NCBI GenBank assembly: GCA_000697335.1
Contig: JNEM01013773.1
Span: 1-33,366 of the forward strand
Source: Conidiobolus incongruus B7586
Taxonomy: Eukaryota
Length of the DNA stretch: 33,366 bases
Reading direction: 5' to 3'
Position numbers and translations under genes: made by a program. Below the pieces are notes generated by a model, which saw only the letters and a list, made by a program, of their open reading frames with translations, made no database searches and was not told the origin of the DNA. Positions 24,652-33,366 of this stretch are shown here, one piece after another. How positions within the stretch are numbered: the first letter of the stretch is position 1; the number at the start of each line of letters is the position of its first letter.

Positions 24652-25630
24652 TCAATATTTACTTGAAAACTTTAGTTGATTCAAAATAAATTCCTTAATA
24701 TCTTCAATTTCTTCGTCTTCTTTAGGAATATTATGGCTACATCATTATTTTATTAATCCCTAGTAATATTTTAATTGATATTTTTACCTATTATTGTGAA
24801 ATAAATATATTCAATTTAAACATAGATTACTCAAAAATAAACTAAATTCTACATATTAGAACCTATATTAAAATAAATTAATTATCTCATTATATGAATA
24901 TATGCCTGCTTTAACAACTTTATCATTGGCATCCAATACATGAAGCGAAGGTGTCTTGAAAGGAATTTCACATGATTCGCCAAAAAAAGGATTCCTTGGG
25001 AAGAATCCGGAGCATAAAACAATAAATTTGATAGGGAATTGATTGGGATTAATCAAATTAGATTTGGTATTAATTAAACTATTAATAATGTATGTAAAGC
25101 ATGCTCCTATGAAAAAGTTTTAAAGATATTGCTACATGCATTTTGAAAGATAATTTTTAATATCTTGTGAAAATCAAATAATACCATGAAAAGCACCTTA
25201 GTAATTTATGGATATTTCATCAATTAAATTTGATCATAACATTATATATTACATATTGATCAATAATATGGTTAATATAGGGTAAAGTAACACTTAATAA
25301 TTCAGGGTACTTTCCATCAATTAAGTTCAACCAACAGCTCATCCCTTCTTTATCTAAAATATTATCAGTTTCATTGTAATAATACCGAATATAAATTGAT
25401 CATTTTGGGAGTATTTTGGATAAATTTCATCATATTTGTATTTTGGAATTATATTAGGAGCACTAATATAAACTACAATGAAATAAGTACAAACTATGAA
25501 TCAATAATTAAATAATCCAATTACCAAATTCGACATATCCTTTCAATTTATTTTCCAAAATATTTAATTTAGATTTGAAATAATCTTTATTTTGACTATA
25601 TCCATGTAAACATAAAATTTTGTATTTCAT
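24652..25630 (-). pseudogene. FSH1/OVCA2-family serine hydrolase, copy A (probable pseudogene)
   Basis: Begins MKYKILCLHGYSQNK and has seven-exon collinearity with copy D, ending HNIPKEDEEIEDIKEFILNQLKFSSKY*. The nucleophile exon reads GAFHGII*FSQ (GGA>TGA), its acceptor is TAA instead of TAG and its donor is AT instead of GT. There is another TGA in the penultimate exon. Confidence 0.8.
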
Positions 25631-26041
25631 ATTTTTTTAATGGTATACAATTAAAGAACTAGGGTTAGGTGATGACGTTGCTAGAATTTAGAATTTAAAA
25701 CTTTAAAATTTATTTTATGGGATAGTATATTAGTATATTAGAATTGGTATTATATCAAGTTTAGAGTGATATTTTAAAAATTCAATGAAATATACAAATC
25801 AAATAAATTTCAAAATTGTTTGAAAAAATTTTTTAACAGTAATAAATTGATTGTATTCGATTTGCAAACTTTGCACTCAATTTTCATATCAATTTCCAAT
25901 AAAAATCTGTTACTTTTTTCAAAAGCTGAATGTATATTGTATAAATCTTAGTGTCAGAATTAATAATATAACATATAAAAACCTGATCCAAACCTAACAC
26001 CATTATCATAATTGAATAAAAAAGTCTAATATAATAATAAC

Positions 26042-26987
26042 ACGAGTTTACTTAGAATATTATAATTACATAGAAGTGATCAAAAAGTCATTTAATTTAT
26101 ATAAAATCCGGACGTTTGAGATAAAATTAAAAAATATGAACTTGTATCTGTCAAATCACTGCTTCGATTCGCAGAAGATCACGAATTCGTCGATAAAATG
26201 AAGGAAGCTATCGCTGAGAGTGAGGAAAATCAAGTTTTTATTGAATCAATTATTAGTGATTTTATATTGATATTAAGTTTAGAATATAAAGACGTATGTT
26301 ATTAGTTTTATAAAATTGATGATGAATTTCCCAATTTCACGAAATTATTGATATTTTGAATAAATTTTTAAAAGAACTAATATATCATTACACTATTTAA
26401 ATACTATATTATAGTAATAATGATTCATTAACTAATAACTTTTTGATTTTATTATAGGATTCTCACAAAGCAATTTAAAATAAATGAAAAAGCACAATTT
26501 TTCACTAATTAATAATATATCATCAGGAGCAGTTTTTGTCTGAATATTACTCATTACTTGAACAAAATTAACCTTTAATGCAGGCATTCAACCATTCCTA
26601 GCTTCAAGTTTGCCGTCATTCTCAGGATCCCTCTCAGTGATATTTACATTCAAGATCTTTACAAATTACCAAACCAAACTCCCTCTTGTCATATTTATAA
26701 CAATGTATATAGAGATGTGAAACCTAGTAATTTAACCATCTATTATTAAAAAACTATTGATAACTTGATATATAGAAAGAAATCAAATTTTAAGAATCGA
26801 ATTTGCCAATCCTCTTATCGTTCAATATCACCCAGCCTGAGTCATAAATCTAACCAATATCAAAAATTATTTAATTAATCTTAAATTTCAAAGATTATCC
26901 ACAAAAGCCCAATATAGAAAAGTGACAGAACAATTTATTCAAGATCAGCTATCTACTCAAAATCAAATTCATACCAATTTACAGTAA
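26042..26987 (+). pseudogene. FSH1/OVCA2-family serine hydrolase, copy B (pseudogene)
   Basis: Starts ACG AGT TTA CTT AGA ATA TTA TAA TTA CAT (versus MSLPKILCLH). Retains AEDHEFVDKMKEAIAESEENQ, IIGFSQ and TKAQYRKVTEQFIQDQL...HTNLQ*, which closely match copy C. Many stops and frameshifts. Confidence 0.85.
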
Positions 26988-27801
26988 ATAAATTATACAT
27001 ACATACATATATATGTGATTGATTTCATTAGATTAATCCAACAAGTCGAAATAATTATTGAAGTTTATAAACTATATTTAATGTCAATAAATTCGTGGCT
27101 TTTACAATTTGATTAATTTATATTTATTATTCATTTTAAAAAATTATATATAATTTAATGTTTATTATATACTATTCGATCAAATCTGACAACTTTGATA
27201 TTACAAATAAACTTTAAAGTTTTAATTTTGTATAATATTATAACATACTATAAACATATATAAATACTAATATTTATATCAAGTATCTATTTGATTCATT
27301 GACTTCAATATATTTCAAATATCAATGGGAAATAGCTGTTTCATATACTAATATTTATCACAGTTTAAATTATTAAACTTATCTATATCAATGTATTATT
27401 TTTCATTAAATATTACATTAAATTCTGATAAATTTAAGCTATAAATATTTATATTAACAATCAATTTTCAGTTCAAATTGTAATCCACACTAATTACTAA
27501 ATTCAAAAATCATATATGCAAATGAATCCTTTTAATCTATCATTTTAATTGAAAAAAGTTTAGAATAATGAGAAATTTAAAAACATTTAACTTATATATT
27601 AAATTAATAATGAGAACCATTCTACTATATTAAGGTTGAAATATATCATTTATTATTTTAGTATATGACTGCTTTTTCCAAATTCATCAATATAATTTAA
27701 ATTTGAAATAAATAAACCATAATCTCAAAATTCCCAAAATCATTAATTTAAATAAAACCATTCTTTAATTAATTATTAATAATCATAATTTTAATATTAA
27801 A

Positions 27802-28766
27802 ATGAGTTTACCTAAAATTTTATGTTTACACGGCTTTGGCCAAAATAAAAGTATTTTTTATAAAAAATCAGGATATTTAAGGAATTATTTGAAGACCAGG
27901 TGTGAATTTGTCTATGTGACAGCTCCTCACCAATTGCCTGAGGATCACGACTTTGTGATTCAAATGAAGGAAAGTTTGAATGAGAGTGGTAAAACTCAAG
28001 GTAATTTTATTGTTATTTATTTTGAATAATAAATTCAATATTTATATGATTGATAGATTATGAACCTTTATGCTATTGGTTTAATAGAATTGAGGAAAAA
28101 TACACCCATTTTCATGAAACTATGGAATTCATGAATAAGGTGTTGAAAGAACAAGTATATATATTTATCAAAACTAGATTATATAAAATATGTTAATTAA
28201 TGATATGTAGGGTCCATTTGTTGGTATATTAGGATTCTCCCAAGGTAATTCGAATTTGATCACCATCTTCAATATTTAATAATTGTTTATAATAGGTGCG
28301 ATTTTTACATCTATATTAACCACACTACTTGAACAAAACCATTCTTTAATCCAACCCTCAAATCATCCCAGCTTAAAGTTTTCAGTATTATTCTCGGGAT
28401 TCTATCCTCGAGATCCTGAAATTCAAAATTATTTCCAATTACCCATTCAAACCCCATCTTGTCATATTTTTGGCGATCAAGATCCTGCTGTATCGCCTGG
28501 TAATTTTATTATTTATTTAACCATTAATATTAAATTATATTTAATCAAATTTATAGAAAAGAGTATTGGTTTAACTCAAAAATTCTCCAATCCTGTCATT
28601 ATTAGACATTCTGGAGGGTAAATATTTTAATATATCACTTAATAATTTACTAATAGTGCAATATTTTAGTCATGTACTACCTACCAAAGCGGAATATAGA
28701 AAGGCAATAGTACAATTTATTGAAGATCAATTAGATAATACTAATAATGTACACCCTAATTTATAA
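27802..28766 (+). CDS. FSH1/OVCA2-family serine hydrolase, copy C; join(27802..28000,28057..28154,28211..28244,28296..28499,28557..28617,28670..28766), 230 aa
   Basis: KILCLHGFGQN, GPFVGILGFSQGA (catalytic Ser), PSCHIFGDQD (Asp) and HSGGHVLP (His). Five GT-AG introns of 51-57 nt give an open 693-nt frame. Confidence 0.9.
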
Positions 28767-28945
28767 TTAATAAATTTAATTTGAATAATTTTTTAAATTG
28801 ATTACTAATCAAAAAATTCAATTAATCTCAAGGATCAATTTTTGATGAAAATCCATTAATTTTCAAATCAATCAAAATCACATGAATACCCTACAAAATT
28901 AATATAAATATTTGTAATAGAAACCAATCTAAAATTAAAATTTAA

Positions 28946-29938
28946 ATGAGGAAATTACCTAAAATATTGTGTTTACATGGATATGGACAAAATCCTACAA
29001 TTTTATTTAAAAAAACAAAATTATTAAGACAACAATTGAATAATAGGTGCGAATTGGGTAAATTTTATATTCAATTTTTATTAATATTTTAAAATAATAT
29101 ATATTATTTTTGATTTAGTTTATATTACAGCACCATATCAATTAAAAGAAGATCACGAACTTGTTATAGCTTCTAAAAAATATATTAGGGATAGGGGATT
29201 GGAGCATCAAGCTAAGAGTAATTCTATTCAATTTGTGAATGATTTTTATTAATTATAACTCAGATTTTGAACCATTATACCATTGGTTTACTAGGATTGA
29301 AAATAAATGGGTTGGAATTAATGATACTTTAGTTTATTTGAATAATGTTTTGAGATCACAAGTGAGTAAAGGTTATTTTCTAAGTGAAATATTCACTAAA
29401 TAGTTTTTTAGGGTCCATTTGATGGTATTTTAGGATTTTCTCAAGGTAACTATCCTATATTGAACTCTGTTAAGATTAGTTTTGATCAACAATCTATTAG
29501 GAGCAGTGTTGGGATCTATGATGACATCACTACTTGAGTCAAACCATCCATTAATGAAAGCATCAGAGCATCCATCTTTCAAATTTAGTGTATTAATATC
29601 AAGCTTTTTCCTAGCAACAGGCCAAGTTAATTCATATTATCAAATTCCAATCAAAACGCCATCCTGTCATGTTTGGGGAATTAAAGATAATATAATACTA
29701 CCAAGTAAATATAATTTAATTTTTTTATTTCATATTATTTTAGTTAACTTTGACTAGAATCCAGTTTAGATCATAGTAAAAAATATATTAAACCAATTAC
29801 TATTGAACATAATTTAGGGTAATTATAATTATAAAATTAAATATAATATAAATTAAAAATTTTAATTGTAGACATGATATCCCCTCAGATCCCCAATATA
29901 TCAATCAAATAATTAATTTTATTAATAATAAATTATAA
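28946..29938 (+). CDS. FSH1/OVCA2-family serine hydrolase, copy D; join(28946..29057,29119..29217,29264..29361,29412..29445,29501..29704,29758..29818,29872..29938), 224 aa
   Basis: KILCLHGYGQN, GPFDGILGFSQGA, PSCHVWGIKD and HNLGHDIP. Six GT-AG introns of 46-61 nt give an open 675-nt frame. Internal exon sizes 98/34/204/61 are identical to copy C. Confidence 0.9.
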
Positions 29939-30188
29939 ATATTATTAAAATAATTTTTTAATATATTTAATTTTTTTTATAATTTTGATTATATAAAAAT
30001 ATACAAAAACTAAGCATCAAATTATAATTAATATAACCAATAAAACGTAATGAAATAGATACTGTCATTGTTTTAAATTAGTATTAATATTTATATTTTA
30101 ATTTATATGAATAGTAAATCTAACTAAACAAAATTCTTAATATATAATTATAAAATCAAATTAATGAGCTGAAATCAGTAATATAATA

Positions 30189-31068
30189 ATGGAGCTACCA
30201 AGAATTCTATTCTTTTACCTATATTTTACTGAAATGAGTCAATTCTTGATAAAATGACAAATTTTATAAGGAATCAAGTGAAAAATTTATTGAAATTGGG
30301 TGATTTTATTTTCGATATATCTATTATTAAGTTATTGGACTAACTATATATATTATTAAATTTACATTACAACTTTTGATCAGTTAAATGATAATCATTA
30401 ATATATTATCAGTTTAAAATATATTATTAAGATAATATGCTTGGTTAAAACAATATTATGTTTATAAAGTGATATTATAGTAATTTAATTTAAAGTAATT
30501 TGTAATTTATGTGTTTAAGTATTTTAATTTTTGGAATCAACATGGTATTTGTAATAGAGTTAGAATAGATAAATTGAAATTGATATTAAATTATTTGTAT
30601 ATAAATATTTTTTTGTCCATTGGTTGGTGTATTGTGATTTTTATTTCAAATCAACATAATCTCAAAAAGCAATCAAATATATATATATATATATAATTTA
30701 TTAGGTGCTGTATTGGGATCATTATTAACCATTTTACTTGAAATGTAAGTTCCTTTTGAGCTTAATTATCAATTCGATTCAAGTTTAAATTTTTAAGTTT
30801 CTTTTCAGATTTGGAACTGTATTCGGTCATTGTGTTATTTATGAGTTAATACTCAATCTTTGCACATATTTGGTGAGCAAGATAATATATAAATCATCGA
30901 TTTGTTCTTATATAACTACACAATTTTTAATCATTATTATCAGTAAATTCATAGACCTTATTTCATATCACTTGATCAATTATGTTTAATAGTTTTGTGA
31001 TAACTTTGGATTCCCAAGCATTTCTTTCTATTAAACAATTCATTCAAAAAATTAATGTTTATAATTAA
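30189..31068 (+). pseudogene. FSH1/OVCA2-family serine hydrolase, copy E (heavily decayed pseudogene)
   Basis: Starts MELPRILF. Contains ...FIRNQVKNLLKLG|GT at the intron-1 position of copy D, tag|GAVLGSLLTILLEM* (~30705) and SLHIFGEQDN (~30857). Multiple stops and frameshifts; the 3' end is approximate. Confidence 0.7.
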
Positions 31069-31314
31069 CAATAAAATTTAAATTTAATATTATTATATAT
31101 AAATATAAAATTAATAAATACAGTAATATAGCTTAGCATATTTTAGAATTACTTGGATTATAATGATTGAAAATTATTATTATTAAAAAAATTCAATTCT
31201 CTTATCTATAATATATAATTCAATATTATTTTTATATCATAGAATTCTTTTAATCATTTTTATTAATTTAAGTAAAACTTGAATAATAAAAAATTAGATT
31301 TTAAATATCATTAT

Positions 31315-31574
31315 TGTCATAAGTTAGGAGACTCCATTCCTACTAAATATTCCTATATCAACTAAATGTAAAAGTTATTCTGTCCTTATGTAATCAGCTA
31401 CTTCATCACTATCTTTTAATTGGCTGATGGTTCAAGTCACCAAAAAACCTCATAAATCTTCTTACCTTATTCACTCTATATAAAACCCAGAATTAGAACT
31501 ATCCTTAGAGAATGAGCTTAATTTGAGTATTTCTAGCTATTTGCCTTAAACCAATAAACTTCCTTTTTTTAATA
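31315..31574 (+). mobile_element. Probable solo LTR (260 bp) with a 5-bp target-site duplication
   Basis: Begins TGTCA and ends TAATA, which equals TGACA after two transitions. Flanked by ATTAT on both sides (31310-31314, 31575-31579). Internal TATATAAAA (31477-31485) and AATAAA (31553-31558). More GC-rich than the flanks. Confidence 0.55.
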
Positions 31575-31811
31575 ATTATTTGGAATTCCTCAAATATCTC
31601 TTTTATATATAAATTAACCTAAATATAATTTTCCCAACTTATGCTAATATAATAGCAATCTTAAAATTACTTTAATTATATATTAATTTTAATATTTTAA
31701 ATCTTATGTTATATTAATGATTATTGGTTTAATATTACCTTAAATTTAAAAAAAAATGAGAAATTTTTTAATTATTGATTTTCTAAATAAATTATTAACT
31801 TTAAATATATA

Positions 31812-31869
31812 CACTAACTTGCAAAAGTAAGTTATAAAATCAAAAACACTTATATTTTTACTAATAACT
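31812..31869 (+). repeat. Left terminal inverted repeat of the Tc1-like element
   Basis: Follows TA at 31810-31811. TAAGTTATAAAATCAAAAA (31828-31846) pairs perfectly with 33348-33366, and the match extends imperfectly to 31869. Confidence 0.85.
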
Positions 31870-32041
31870 TGATTAATATTTAATAAAATAAACCTAAATT
31901 AAATAATTAAAATCTATTATATTTATTAGTTATATATATCATTAAATGATGATATTTAGCTATTAATTAGCTAAAATATAAACCCTTAAATTTTACCTAA
32001 GGTGAGTTATAAATTTGTAGGTTATTGGTGATAAAAAAAAA

Positions 32042-33056
32042 TTAAAACCTAGTGTATCTACCTTTAACTTTTTTAACTTCTTTAAATTTGTGGGATATAG
32101 AATCAACTAACTTCTTACACTAAAAAGGGTTAATCTTGTTTTATACTTCTTAAACATATTTTTAAAGTTGATTTAAATTTTTTACTAGGGGGAAAGCTTT
32201 AATAACTTTTTTTAACTAATCTTAAAAGTGTTTAATTAGATTAAAGTTAAAAGATTAAAGAAGCTACTTTATAACTATTATCTTGTTATTTTTAAACTAT
32301 TTGGTAATAAAAATATTAATATAATAATAGGTATTATCTTATTAAAAATAACATCAGATTTGTTTAACTTATATTATTTAATGGTTTTTTTCAATTTATT
32401 ATTTAGAATACTTTAATACATTTCAATATTAATTCCCCTATTAACTTTACAAAGATACCTTATACCTAAAGACAACATATATCCCCAAATAATAATTAAC
32501 CCACCATTATACTTTTGGGTAAAATTAACATAATGGTCACAAAGTAGTTTTGCATCTTTTTTAAAGTATCTAGCTTTTTTATTAAATCTACTAAAGTATA
32601 TTTTTGTTTTATTAAACTAAATAACCTTACTTTAATTAGTTTTAGTTTAATATTAGTGGTGACATTTAAACTCCTACTTAATTTTATAGTGGGATTTTTT
32701 TAGTTGGGGTGTTTTTTCTTAAAGTATAAATGGTATCTATGCTAATGTAAAACACATATAATAATATTAATGCTAACTAATATTCCTATATAGTTTTATA
32801 ATTCCTGTTGTATTTCTATAGTAGTATTATATTTACCTATAATAACCAACCTACAAATATACTTCTTATTATGTTTATCTATAATTTTAATATACTTAAG
32901 TTTAAGTTTAAATGTTTTTTTATTGTTATTCTTAATAACCTTAGCTATAATAAATTAGCTAACACTAGTAATTCTAACAATATTATAAATTGATTTACCT
33001 TCTTTATAAAGTTGATTAATACACAAGTAGATTTTTTTAGAGAGGGATTTAAGTAT
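32042..33056 (-). pseudogene. Tc1-like transposase pseudogene (HTH + DD34E), hypermutated
   Basis: Manual minus-strand translation with two frameshifts gives (M)(P)KSLSKKI...YKEGKSIYNIVRITSVS, *SKVI*FNKTK (W.KVIWSDETK), KYNGGLIIIWGYM (KHGGGS.MVWGCM), IF.*DN (FQQDN), *LL*SFNFNLIKHF* (WPPQSPDLNPIEHLW) and LVDSISHKFKEVKKVKGRYTRF*. There are exactly 34 residues between the second D and the E position. Confidence 0.9.
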
Positions 33057-33324
33057 AATAATACTAATAAAAAAAATTTAGTATATTTGTAAAATATTAT
33101 ATAAAATAATAACAAAGAGAGAAAAAAGATATGGTTATATATTGTTAAATATATCCTTTTATCTTAAAAACCTATAAATTTATAACTTGCTTTAGTTAAA
33201 TATTAAAGGTTAATATTTTTGCTAATAGTTTACTAAATATATCTAAATATATTTATTTATTATTAAATAATATTTCTTAATTATATATTATAGTTTTAAA
33301 TAATCTAATATATACAATTATTTT

Positions 33325-33366
33325 AGTTATTAATTAAAATATATATATTTTTGATTTTATAACTTA
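33325..33366 (-). repeat. Right terminal inverted repeat (partial, truncated by the window edge)
   Basis: Reverse complement of 31828-31869 with 5 mismatches in 42 nt, 3 of them C/T differences. Confidence 0.85.

Larger units (their letters stand above)
31812..33366 (-). mobile_element. Tc1-family (DD34E) DNA transposon, inactivated; the right end runs about 16 nt past the window
   Basis: The left end is TA|CACTAACTTGCAAAAG.... 31828-31869 is the reverse complement of 33325-33366 (37/42 identical). It encloses a ~340-codon transposase relic. Projected length is ~1.57 kb, typical of Tc1 elements. Confidence 0.88.

Noticed and set aside
24458..24655. 65-aa ORF containing LPTGIEPVTLALLAPRSNQLSY
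   Set aside because: This is the antisense translation of the tRNA-Ile gene, a well-known artefact.
1..33366. Prokaryotic features (CRISPR arrays, operons, rRNA) or an alternative genetic code explaining the many stops
   Set aside because: The genes have spliceosomal introns and read correctly in the standard code. Stops occur only in copies that also have frameshifts or broken splice sites. No repeat-spacer array was seen.

Overview
Very AT-rich eukaryotic (fungal) DNA with short GT-AG introns, mostly about 45-60 nt. The composition and gene families suggest an early-diverging, possibly entomophthoralean (Conidiobolus-like) fungus; this is inference only. From left to right: (1) a tandem minus-strand array of fungal-specific transcription-factor-domain genes, two intact two-exon copies and one pseudogene, with an atypical CxxC-x11-CxxC N-terminus; the first copy has four ATCTGATAA GATA boxes upstream. 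(2) A CDC4/FBXW7 F-box WD40 gene. (3) An extremely AT-rich unexplained block. (4) An intronless GH5 EGCrP/Egh1-like glycosidase whose acid/base NEP motif is replaced by PNI. (5) tRNA-Ile(AAT). (6) Five FSH1/OVCA2-family serine hydrolase paralogs, two intact and three pseudogenes. (7) A probable 260-bp solo LTR. (8) A Tc1-family DD34E transposon with terminal inverted repeats, cut by the window edge, whose transposase is destroyed by dense C>T/G>A transitions (RIP-like). All alignments and gene models were made by eye; no database searches were run.
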